Assembly: GCA_031364845.1 (NCBI GenBank)
Contig: JANLWX010000082.1
Span: forward strand, 1 to 29,998
Length of the DNA stretch: 29,998 bases
Reading direction: 5' to 3'
Source of the DNA: Candidatus Eiseniibacteriota bacterium
Lineage (GTDB): Bacteria; Eisenbacteria; RBG-16-71-46
Of this stretch, positions 9,791-18,206 are shown one piece after another (position 1 is the stretch's first letter; every line of letters begins with the position of its first letter). Position numbers and translations under genes: made by a program. Under the pieces are notes generated by a model. It was not told the origin of the DNA. It did not search any database and saw only the letters and a program-made list of their open reading frames with translations.

Positions 9791-10530
9791 ACGTGTCGGA
9801 TGCCGAAATTGCGCCGCCGCACCGCGCGGATGATCGCGTGACCGCACCCGAGCTCCCGGCATCGCCGCACACCGACGACGACCTCGCTCGCCGACTGCGC
9901 GGCTTCGGCCCGGTGGGAATCGCCGCGGTGCTGGTCGTGCTCGCGGGGAACCTCATCGTGGGCCCGCTCAGCGCCGTCTTCGCACTGATGTGGGCGAAGC
10001 GCTCCGGCACGCCGTTTCGCGAACTCGGCTTCGTCCGCCCGAACCGCTGGTGGCGGATGATCCTGGTCGGCACGGTGTTCGGAGTCGTGTTCAAGCTCGT
10101 CATGAAGGCGATCGTGATGCCGCTGCTCGGAGCCGCTCCGATCAACCCCACGTATCACTACCTCGAAGGCAACCCGGTGGCCGCCCTGCTCGCGATTCCG
10201 CAGATGATCGTGATCGCGGGGTTCGGTGAGGAGACGCTGTTCCGGGGTTACATGTTCGAACGGCTCGGCAAGTTGCTGGGGCGCGGTATCTGGGCGACTG
10301 TGGCCATCGTCATCTTCACGTCGGTGCTGTTCGGCTCGCTCCACTACCACGATCAGGGTTTGCCGGGCGCCCAGCAGGCGACGATCGTCGGACTCGTCTA
10401 CGGAACGATCTACGCGCGGACGCGCCGCCTCGGGATGCTGATGGTGGCGCACGCGGCGTTCGACATCGCGGCGGTCGCGATCATCTACTGGCGGCTGGAA
10501 TCGGCCGTCGCGCACAGCATCTTCAAATAA
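9787..10530 (+). CDS. CPBP/Abi (CAAX protease-like) intramembrane glutamic endopeptidase
   Basis: Multi-TM; EETLFRG, FGSLHY and VAHAAFD motifs. Start TTG 9787 or GTG 9793. Confidence 0.92.
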   Translation: MNVSDAEIAPPHRADDRVTAPELPASPHTDDDLARRLRGFGPVGIAAVLVVLAGNLIVGPLSAVFALMWAKRSGTPFRELGFVRPNRWWRMILVGTVFGVVFKLVMKAIVMPLLGAAPINPTYHYLEGNPVAALLAIPQMIVIAGFGEETLFRGYMFERLGKLLGRGIWATVAIVIFTSVLFGSLHYHDQGLPGAQQATIVGLVYGTIYARTRRLGMLMVAHAAFDIAAVAIIYWRLESAVAHSIFK

Positions 10531-10535
10531 CCGCG

Positions 10536-10568
10536 AGAGTCACGTAGAGTGACGCGCGGAATCATGAT
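10536..10568 (+). promoter_or_regulatory. Candidate operator and -10 element upstream of the NmrA-like gene
   Basis: AGAGTCACGT-AGAGTGACGC is a 10-bp-period direct repeat that also contains the inverted repeat GTCAC-N5-GTGAC; followed by CATGAT. Confidence 0.35.
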
Positions 10569-10604
10569 GGCCGAACCCGCACCACCGAATCAGGAGTGTT
10601 CAAC

Positions 10605-11555
10605 ATGCCGGACAAGAAGATCATCGTCGTCATGGGAGCCACGGGCGCACAGGGCGGCGGGCTCGCACGCTCGATCGTTGCCGACAAGGGCGGAGACTTC
10701 ACCGCGCGCGCGGTCACGCGCAAGCCGGACTCGGACAAGGCGAAGGCGCTCGCCGCCATGGGCGTCGAAGTCGTCCAAGGCGACGCCGACGATCCCCCGA
10801 GTCTCGAGCGGGCGTTCCAGGGGGCGTATGGTGTATTCGCCGTGACGAACTTCTGGGAGCACTTCTCCGCCGAGCGTGAGAGCGCGCAGGCCGCGGCGAT
10901 GGCGCGAGCGAGCAAGCAGGCCGGATTGCAGCACGTCGTGTGGTCGACCCTCGAAGACACCCGCAAGAAGGTGCCGCTTTCGGACACCCGCCTGCCCACG
11001 CTCCAGGGCAAGTACAAGGTTCCGCACTTCGATGGGAAGGGCGAGTCGGATCATTTCTTCGTCAACGAAGGTGCGCCGACAAGTTATCTGCTGGCAGCGT
11101 TCTACTGGGATAACTTCATCTACTTCGGCGCGGGACCGCGGGCCGGTTCCGATGGCGATCTGGTGCTCGCGATGCCGCTCGGCGGCGTGAAACTCCCGGG
11201 GATCGCGGCCTCGGACATCGGCAAGTGTGCGCACGGCATCTTCAAGCGGGGAGCGGCTGCGATCGGCCAGCGCTTTGGCATTTCGGGCGAGAATCTTTCC
11301 GGCGAAGAGATGGCCGCCAAGATGGCGAGCGCGCTGGGGCGCAAGGTTCACTTCCAGGACGTGCCGTTCGACGTCTACCGCGGTCTCGGGTTCCCGGGGG
11401 CCGAGGACATGGGCAACATGTACCAGTACCAGGCGATTCTGGGCGATGAGTTCCTACGCGATCGCGATCCGGCATTGTCGCGCGCGCTCAATCCGGAGTT
11501 GCTCACCTTGGATGCGTGGCTTGCCCAGAACGCGAGCCGCATTCCGATCGCGTGA
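10605..11555 (+). CDS. NmrA/HSCARG-family NAD(P)-binding protein
   Basis: AGGAG RBS before ATG 10605; VVMGATGAQGGGLA Rossmann motif, VTNFWEH, VPHFDGK. Confidence 0.95.
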   Translation: MPDKKIIVVMGATGAQGGGLARSIVADKGGDFTARAVTRKPDSDKAKALAAMGVEVVQGDADDPPSLERAFQGAYGVFAVTNFWEHFSAERESAQAAAMARASKQAGLQHVVWSTLEDTRKKVPLSDTRLPTLQGKYKVPHFDGKGESDHFFVNEGAPTSYLLAAFYWDNFIYFGAGPRAGSDGDLVLAMPLGGVKLPGIAASDIGKCAHGIFKRGAAAIGQRFGISGENLSGEEMAAKMASALGRKVHFQDVPFDVYRGLGFPGAEDMGNMYQYQAILGDEFLRDRDPALSRALNPELLTLDAWLAQNASRIPIA

Positions 11556-11595
11556 ACTTCGCCCGGCGCATGCCGGGTTCCATCGCACACGGCGG

Positions 11596-11634
11596 CGGCC
11601 GGGTTCCTGCTCCAAGACCCGGCCGTTTTCCTTT
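11596..11634 (+). terminator. Rho-independent terminator after the NmrA-like gene
   Basis: CGGCCGGGT / ACCCGGCCG 9-bp stem followed by TTTTCCTTT. Confidence 0.8.
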
Positions 11635-11646
11635 CGTCGCGAGCCG

Positions 11647-11678
11647 GAAACAATCCAGACATGTTCGATCGCCATATT
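11647..11678 (+). promoter_or_regulatory. Candidate regulator box plus -10 (GAAACA-N5-GACA-N11-CATATT)
   Basis: Same motif and spacing recur at 19831-19862; lies between the terminator and the ABC operon RBS. Confidence 0.5.
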
Positions 11679-11740
11679 CCACGCGCAGGTCGAGCCGCCG
11701 TGCCCGGCCACCGTATCGTTCACCTGGAGGGTCCGCCACC

Positions 11741-12406
11741 GTGATTCGCATGCAGGCTGTCACCAAGACCTACGAAACCGCGGCCGGCAGCTTCGCCGCA
11801 CTGCGGGGCATCGACCTCGAGATCCGCGCGGGAGAGATGGTCGCGATCGTCGGGCGGTCCGGCAGCGGCAAGTCCACGCTGCTCAACATGGTCGCGGGCA
11901 TCGATCGTCCGACCTCGGGAGAAGTCGCGGTGGCAGGCACGTCGATCCAGAGTCTGAGCCACGACCGGCTCGCCACGTGGCGCGGCCGCTCGGTCGGGAT
12001 CGTGTTTCAGTTCTTCCAGCTGCTGCCGACGCTGACCGTGATCGAGAACGTGATGCTTCCGATGGACTTCTGCGGAGCGATCCCGCCGAACGCGCGCCGC
12101 GACCGGGCGCTCGAACTGCTCGACCGCGTGGGCGTTCCCGAACAGGCGGACAAGCTGCCCTCGACGCTGTCGGGCGGCCAGCAGCAGCGCGTCGCGATCG
12201 CGCGCGCGCTCGCCAACGATCCGCCGCTGATCCTCGCGGACGAGCCGACCGGCAATCTCGATTCCTCGACGGGTGAGGCGGTGTTCCGTCTGTTCGGCGA
12301 TCTGGTCGCCGACGGTAAGACGGTGGTGATCGTCACGCACGAGCGCGACGCGGTTTCGGGCGTGAGCCGCACGGTGACGCTCGCCGACGGATGCGTCGCC
12401 TCGTGA
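11741..12406 (+). CDS. ABC transporter ATP-binding protein (LolD/MacB type)
   Basis: GGAGG RBS then GTG 11741; GRSGSGKS, FQFFQLLP, LSGGQQQR, LADEPTGNLD, VTH. Confidence 0.95.
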   Translation: MIRMQAVTKTYETAAGSFAALRGIDLEIRAGEMVAIVGRSGSGKSTLLNMVAGIDRPTSGEVAVAGTSIQSLSHDRLATWRGRSVGIVFQFFQLLPTLTVIENVMLPMDFCGAIPPNARRDRALELLDRVGVPEQADKLPSTLSGGQQQRVAIARALANDPPLILADEPTGNLDSSTGEAVFRLFGDLVADGKTVVIVTHERDAVSGVSRTVTLADGCVAS

Positions 12407-14787
12407 TCGCTCCGCGCTGGAAGAAAGTCGTGCGCGACATCATGGAGCGGCCGGGCCGTTCGGTGCTCGCCGTGATCGCGATGACCGCAGGCGTGTTTGC
12501 ACTCGGCACCATGGTGGTGAAGTACGCGACGTTGCGTCCGGTGCTCGCGACGATGTACGGCGACACGCGGCCGTCGTCCGCCACGCTCTTCACCGACGCT
12601 CTGAGCGATGCGTTGGTCGATTCCGTTCGCCGCGTCGAGGGCGTCGGCGACGCCGAGCTGCGTCCGGTGATCATCGCGCGTGCGCGCCTCGGCGAAGACG
12701 AGTGGATCCCGGCAGTGCTGTTCGTGATCCGCGACTTCGATGCGCAGCGCCTGGACGTCTTCAAGCGCGACACCGGTGCCTGGCCGCCCGCGGATGGCGA
12801 AGTGCTGCTCGAGCGCAGTGCCGTGGCCGTGGCCAAGATCGAACGTGACGCGAATCTCATGATTCGCACCGCGGGCGGCGAGGACCATGAACTGAAGTTC
12901 GCGGGGACTGTGCACGCGGCGGGCCTTGCTCCGGCATGGATGGAGCACGTGGTCTACGGTTTCGTCGCGTGGTCGTCCAGTGCGCGCGGTGACGGATCGA
13001 ACGAGTCGTCGCAGATCCGGATCTCCGTCGCCGAGCATCCGCTCGACGAGGGCCACATCCGCGAAGTCGCCGGTCGCGTGAAGGCGCTGCTCGAGCGGGA
13101 AGGGCACACCGTCGCGCGCATCGACGTGCCGATTCCGGGACGCCATCCGCACGCCGATCAGATGGACACGTTCATCTACCTGCTCGGAGCGTTCGGCATC
13201 CTGAGCTTTCTTCTGAGTTCGGTGCTGGTCGCGAGCATGGTCCACGCACTGCTGTCCGAACAGCTCCGGCAGGTCGGCGTGATGAAGGCGATCGGTGCCA
13301 CGACCCGCCAGATCGCGGGGATCTACCTCGGGCAGGTCGCGCTGCTCGCGACGGCGGCACTCGCGATCGGGGGACCACTCGCGTTCTTCGCCGGACGCGC
13401 GTACGCCGAATTCTCCGCGGGGATCTTGAACGCCGATGTCTCGCACAGTCCGTTCCCCTGGGGAGCGCTGATCGTGCTCGCCGTGGTCGGCATCGCGGTG
13501 CCGCTGGCCGTGGCGCTCGGACCGGTACTGCGCGCGTCACGGATTACGGTGCATCAGGCGCTGAACGACGATCTCGGTCCGCGTCCGTTCGGTTCACGCG
13601 GCCTCGAACGCCGGCTGGCCGCGATCTCATGGCTGCCGCGCCCGTTGCTGCTCTCGCTGCGGACCACGTTCCTGCGCCGTGGCCGGCTGCTGCTCACCGT
13701 CGTGATGCTCGCACTCGGTGGAGCGGTGTTCATGTCGGCGCTCAACGTCTCGGGCGCGTGGCAGCGCGCGGTCAACGCGGACTTCAGCATGCGCCGCTAC
13801 GACCTCACGGTGCGTTTCGCCGAGTCGCAGCCGATCGCGGTGGTCGATGAGGCGCTCGCGAAACTGCCGGTGGTCCGCGATGCCGAGTACTGGCCGGGAG
13901 CGAACCCGTATCTGATAGGGCCCAACGGTGCACCGGGCAGCACGATTGCCATGACCGGCCCCACGCCCGGCAGCAAGCTGCTCACGCTGCCCCTGCTCGA
14001 TGGTCGCTGGCTCACTCCCGGCGACACCAACGCGGTCGTGATCAACAACGCGGCCTTGATCCGCAATCCGAAGCTGCGCGTGGGCGGGACCATAGAAGTG
14101 CGGAACAACGGAACAACCCACGCGTTTCCGATCGTCGGCATGGTCAAGGAGATGGCGCCGATGGCGGTGATCTATGCGCCGCCGCGCGCGGTGCTTGCCG
14201 TGACCGGCGCCGATGGCGAACAGACGCGGATCGCGCGCGTCGTGACGACCGAACACACCGAGGCCGGCCAGCTCGGCGCTTCACGCGAAGTGGAGCGCGC
14301 ATTCGAGGCGATGGAGATCGAAGTCACGGGGATGCAGAGCATGCTCGATGTCCGCAAAGGAATCCTCGACCATCTCGTGATCATCCTGGTCGTCCTGACC
14401 ATGGCTTCGACCCTCGTCGTGTTCGTCGGCGGTCTCGCGCTCACCTCGACGCTCAGCATCAACGTGATGCTGCGCACGCGCGAGATCGGCGTGCTGGGTG
14501 CGATCGGCGCCACGCCGCGCACGATCTCGAGCCATGTCTGGATCGAGGGCCTGCTGATCGGGCTCATGAGCTGGATCGTGGCGCTGCTGATCGCCGCACC
14601 CGTGAGCTGGCTGCTCGAGAGTGTCACCGGCAACATGTTCTTCAAGGCGCCGCTCGCGTTTTTCATGTCGCTACAGGCGGCTTTGATCTGGCTCGCCCTT
14701 ATCGTCGTTCTCGCCACACTCAGCAGTCTCTATCCGGCGTGGCGCGCATCGCGCCTCACGATCCGGGAAGCGCTGTCCACCACCTGA
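12403..14787 (+). CDS. ABC transporter permease, MacB/FtsX family (two FtsX domains)
   Basis: GTGA overlap with the ATPase stop; RQVGVMKAIGA and REIGVLGAIGA motifs, two large periplasmic domains, PAWRASRL C-terminus. Confidence 0.93.
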   Translation: MIAPRWKKVVRDIMERPGRSVLAVIAMTAGVFALGTMVVKYATLRPVLATMYGDTRPSSATLFTDALSDALVDSVRRVEGVGDAELRPVIIARARLGEDEWIPAVLFVIRDFDAQRLDVFKRDTGAWPPADGEVLLERSAVAVAKIERDANLMIRTAGGEDHELKFAGTVHAAGLAPAWMEHVVYGFVAWSSSARGDGSNESSQIRISVAEHPLDEGHIREVAGRVKALLEREGHTVARIDVPIPGRHPHADQMDTFIYLLGAFGILSFLLSSVLVASMVHALLSEQLRQVGVMKAIGATTRQIAGIYLGQVALLATAALAIGGPLAFFAGRAYAEFSAGILNADVSHSPFPWGALIVLAVVGIAVPLAVALGPVLRASRITVHQALNDDLGPRPFGSRGLERRLAAISWLPRPLLLSLRTTFLRRGRLLLTVVMLALGGAVFMSALNVSGAWQRAVNADFSMRRYDLTVRFAESQPIAVVDEALAKLPVVRDAEYWPGANPYLIGPNGAPGSTIAMTGPTPGSKLLTLPLLDGRWLTPGDTNAVVINNAALIRNPKLRVGGTIEVRNNGTTHAFPIVGMVKEMAPMAVIYAPPRAVLAVTGADGEQTRIARVVTTEHTEAGQLGASREVERAFEAMEIEVTGMQSMLDVRKGILDHLVIILVVLTMASTLVVFVGGLALTSTLSINVMLRTREIGVLGAIGATPRTISSHVWIEGLLIGLMSWIVALLIAAPVSWLLESVTGNMFFKAPLAFFMSLQAALIWLALIVVLATLSSLYPAWRASRLTIREALSTT

Positions 14788-14801
14788 CCGGAGGAATTCT
14801 C

Positions 14802-15278
14802 ATGCGAGGAATCGTCATCGCCCGTATCGTGTTCGCGTGTCTGTTGCTGAGCACCGCATCCTGGGCGGCCGGGGCACCGCCGGCCGGGACCGTCGCGGCG
14901 AAGCGGAAACCCGCGCGCGACGGATGGCCCGAGACTCCCACCGGCACGGTCGCGCGTCAGTGGGTCGAGGCGTTCTCGACCGGCGAAGATGCGATGCGCG
15001 CGTTTCTGAAGCAGAATGTCAGCAAAGAGAACCTCGAGAAGCGCAACATTCCGCAGCGGATCGAGAAGTATCAGACCATGCGGGAGCAGTACGGCAAGCT
15101 GATGCTCACTTCGGTCACGAAAGAAGCGAAGGGTGAACTCACCGTGTCGCTTATGGCAGAGGACGCTTCGAGCCACACGTTCGTGTTCAAGGTCGATCCC
15201 GCGCCGCCGTACAAGCTGCAGTCGGTCAGCATCGTGCAGAAGGGCTTCAGCCACGGCGGAGGCATGTTCCATCACTGA
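14802..15278 (+). CDS. Secreted hypothetical protein resembling the N-terminal module of some beta-lactamase-family serine hydrolases
   Basis: GGAGG RBS, signal peptide (IVFACLLLSTASWA), PETPTG..ARQWVEAFSTG..AMRAFL; co-oriented within the operon. Product call is recollection only. Confidence 0.75.
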   Translation: MRGIVIARIVFACLLLSTASWAAGAPPAGTVAAKRKPARDGWPETPTGTVARQWVEAFSTGEDAMRAFLKQNVSKENLEKRNIPQRIEKYQTMREQYGKLMLTSVTKEAKGELTVSLMAEDASSHTFVFKVDPAPPYKLQSVSIVQKGFSHGGGMFHH

Positions 15279-15299
15279 TCGCAGCCGGTTGAGGAGCGC

Positions 15300-16007
15300 A
15301 TGAGCGAGCGGGCCGCGGGACGCACCCGGGTGCTGATCGTGGACGACGACGAGAAGCTGAACGCGCTGCTGACCGAGTATCTCGGCACGTTCGGGTTCTC
15401 GGTGCGTGCGGTGGCGCACCCGCATGCCGGGCTGCGCGAGATCGAGTCCGATCCGCCGGACATCGTGATCCTCGATGTAATGCTGCCTGACATGGACGGC
15501 TTTGCCGTGTGCCGCAAGATCCGCGAGAGTCGGCGCATCCCGATTGTCATGCTTACCGCGCGCGGGGACGTGATGGACCGGATCGTCGGGCTCGAATTGG
15601 GTGCCGACGACTATCTGCCGAAACCGTTCGAGCCGCGCGAGCTGGTGGCGCGCATCCAGGCGGTGCTGCGCCGGGGCACGGCGGGAGAGACCGACGAGCG
15701 CGTCGCGATCGGTGCGCTCGAGGTGAACTGGGCGGCCCACTCGGCCACGCTCGCCGGCGAACCGATTCCGCTCACCGCGGCGGAGTTCGACCTGCTGGGG
15801 CTGCTCGTGCGCCATCGTGGCCGCGTGCTCAGCCGGGACCGCATCATGGACGAGACGCGGGGTGTGGACTGGGAGGCGTTCGACCGCTCGGTCGACGTGC
15901 TGATCAGCCGCCTGCGCCAGAAGCTCGGCGACGACCCGAAGCAGCCCGCGTTCATCCGCACCGTGCGTGGCACCGGCTACACGTTCATCGGCGGCGCCGG
16001 TGACTGA
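15300..16007 (+). CDS. OmpR-family response regulator
   Basis: GAGGAG RBS; VLIVDDD, ILDVMLP, MLTARG, GADDYLPKPF, DRSVDVLISRLRQKL, TVRGTGY. Confidence 0.97.
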   Translation: MSERAAGRTRVLIVDDDEKLNALLTEYLGTFGFSVRAVAHPHAGLREIESDPPDIVILDVMLPDMDGFAVCRKIRESRRIPIVMLTARGDVMDRIVGLELGADDYLPKPFEPRELVARIQAVLRRGTAGETDERVAIGALEVNWAAHSATLAGEPIPLTAAEFDLLGLLVRHRGRVLSRDRIMDETRGVDWEAFDRSVDVLISRLRQKLGDDPKQPAFIRTVRGTGYTFIGGAGD

Positions 16008-17307
16008 AGCCGAGCGCGGTTCCGGAGTTCAGGTGTCGGTGTTCGTCCGCCTGGTCACGATCATCCTCTCGATGGCCGCGGTGGTGATGCTGCTCGTCAC
16101 CGGGTTCTTCTTCGGCATCGTGTTCCCGAGCATCCACGTCTCGATCAACGAACTGTTCCGCGAGTATGCGCGCGCCGTCGCCGCGTCGTCGCCCGACCTC
16201 GACGACGCGCGGAAGATCGGGGCCGAGCTCGACATGCACATGGCCTATCGCGGGCCGAAGGGTGAGTGGTCCACGTCGGACCAACTGCCCGCTTTCGATC
16301 GCGTGCGCGTGAGCGAGCACGGGGCCGCCGATCCCAAGCTGCTGCGCATGTACTATCTCGTGAAGGCACCGGACGGCGGCGAGTACCTGTTTGCGCGGCG
16401 ATTGAGCCGGCAGATCCACGTGGTGCGGCACAATCTGCTGGTCTTGCTGCTGCTGATGATGACCGGGGTGTTCCTGATCGCGTATTTCGTGTTGCGGCGC
16501 ACGCTGCGTCCGCTGCGCTGGCTCAATGAAGGCGTCATGCGCCTCAGCGAGGGCGAGCTGGACGTCGTGGTGCAGAATCCGACGCGCGACGAGTTCGGCA
16601 CGCTGACACGAGCGTTCAACCGCATGGCGCGGCGGGTGAAGGAGATGGTGCAGGCGCGCGATCAGCTGCTGCTCGACGTCAGCCACGAACTGCGCTCGCC
16701 GCTCACGCGCATGAAGGTGGCGCTGGCGTTGCAGCCGGACACGCCGGCCCGCGCGTCGATGGCCGCCGATGTGTCGGAGATGGAGTTGATGGTGAGCGAG
16801 CTGCTCGAGCTGGAGCGGCTCCGCGATGGGAAAGGTCTGCGTCTCGAGCGTCGCGATCTGGGTCCGATCCTGAGCGAGATCGTCGCGGTGTTCGCCGGCC
16901 GCGCGCCGGGTGTGCGGATCGCGGGCGCCGTTCCCGAAGTACCGCTCGACATCGATGTCGAGAAGGTGCGCACCGTGTTCCGCAACTTGATCGAGAACGC
17001 GCTCAAATACTCGCTGCCCGACAGCGGCCCGGTCGAGTTCGATGCGCGTCGTGACGGTGGATCGGTCGTGGTGCGCGTTCGCGACGACGGCCCCGGGATT
17101 CCCGAAGGCGATCCCGCGAACCTGTTCGAGCCGTTCGTCCGCCACGACCGTTCGCGTTCGAAGAAGACCGGCGGTTATGGTCTCGGGCTCAGCATCTGCA
17201 AACGCATCATGGAAGCGCACGGCGGGAGCATCGCCGTGGAACCGCATGCCGGAAGAGGGGCGACGTTCGTCGTGACGTTCCCCGAACGCGAGGAGACACC
17301 TACGTGA
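16000..17307 (+). CDS. HAMP-domain sensor histidine kinase (EnvZ/CpxA-like)
   Basis: GTG 16000 overlaps the regulator stop by 8 nt; two TMs, HAMP, DVSHELRSPLTRM, NLIENALKY, DDGPGI, GYGLGL. Confidence 0.95.
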   Translation: MTEAERGSGVQVSVFVRLVTIILSMAAVVMLLVTGFFFGIVFPSIHVSINELFREYARAVAASSPDLDDARKIGAELDMHMAYRGPKGEWSTSDQLPAFDRVRVSEHGAADPKLLRMYYLVKAPDGGEYLFARRLSRQIHVVRHNLLVLLLLMMTGVFLIAYFVLRRTLRPLRWLNEGVMRLSEGELDVVVQNPTRDEFGTLTRAFNRMARRVKEMVQARDQLLLDVSHELRSPLTRMKVALALQPDTPARASMAADVSEMELMVSELLELERLRDGKGLRLERRDLGPILSEIVAVFAGRAPGVRIAGAVPEVPLDIDVEKVRTVFRNLIENALKYSLPDSGPVEFDARRDGGSVVVRVRDDGPGIPEGDPANLFEPFVRHDRSRSKKTGGYGLGLSICKRIMEAHGGSIAVEPHAGRGATFVVTFPEREETPT

Positions 17308-18032
17308 CGGAACGCGCGATCTCTGAAGTGGCCGGGCGCAATCGGACCGCGCACCTTGTCGGCGGTTCGGCGTTGATCCTTGCGGCGATCTTGTTCATCG
17401 CCGAGTTCAGCTACCTCGCGGGCGCGTTCGACTATCCCGACATTCTGGATCGATCGGCGGGAGAGGTGCTGCCGGCGCTGATCGCGCTGGGATCCGCCGG
17501 AAGGTTCGTGTGGATCCTCTATGCGATCACGCCGCTACTGCTGATTCCTGCGGCGGTCGGAGCCGAAGAGCGGTTGCGGCATGTGGCACCGGCCACGGTG
17601 CGCGTCGCGACCGGTTTCGCGATCGTTGCCGCCATCAGCATGGTGCTGGGTCTCATACGATGGCCGAGCATCCACTGGGAGTTCGCTCGGCGCTGGGCGA
17701 CGGCGGGTGTCTCGGAGCGCGCGTCGATCGAGACGGTATTCGCCGGCCTCAACTCCTATCTCGGGAACTTCATCGGGGAGTTCCTCGGCGAGTTGTGCTT
17801 GAGCCTGTTCTTTGTCCTGCTCGGATTCGCGATGATGCGCGAGGGCGGTCGCCGGCGCTGGCTCGGAGCTACGGGCGTTGCGGTCGGTGTGATCGGGCTC
17901 GTCGCCATGCTGCGCAATGCGACCCGGGTGGTCGCCCCGATCGCCGAGGCGAACAACCTCGTGCTGCCGCTGTGGCTCGTGGTCCTCGGTGTCGCGATCG
18001 GGTGGGGACATCGGCGGTCGCCGGGTCGATGA
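17304..18032 (+). CDS. DUF4386-like multi-pass membrane protein
   Basis: GTGA overlap with the kinase; about six hydrophobic segments; FDYPDIL and LGLIRWP motifs recalled from this family. Confidence 0.75.
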   Translation: MTERAISEVAGRNRTAHLVGGSALILAAILFIAEFSYLAGAFDYPDILDRSAGEVLPALIALGSAGRFVWILYAITPLLLIPAAVGAEERLRHVAPATVRVATGFAIVAAISMVLGLIRWPSIHWEFARRWATAGVSERASIETVFAGLNSYLGNFIGEFLGELCLSLFFVLLGFAMMREGGRRRWLGATGVAVGVIGLVAMLRNATRVVAPIAEANNLVLPLWLVVLGVAIGWGHRRSPGR

Positions 18033-18206
18033 GGCGACGGAACGGATCGCGTTCGCGGATTCGCGAATAGGCCCGCCTGGCCTTCGCGCAGGAACATGTC
18101 GAACCGTTCGTGACGACCGGGCTGACCAGACGCGGCGGCCATCGCTACTGACGTGGTGTCGCAGCACGGCCTGCGCTCGCCATGCACATCGCCTATGCTG
18201 CGCCGC

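Noticed and set aside
11516..11740. N-terminal extension of the ABC ATPase
   Set aside because: Spans a terminator and promoter-like region; a good RBS precedes GTG 11741.
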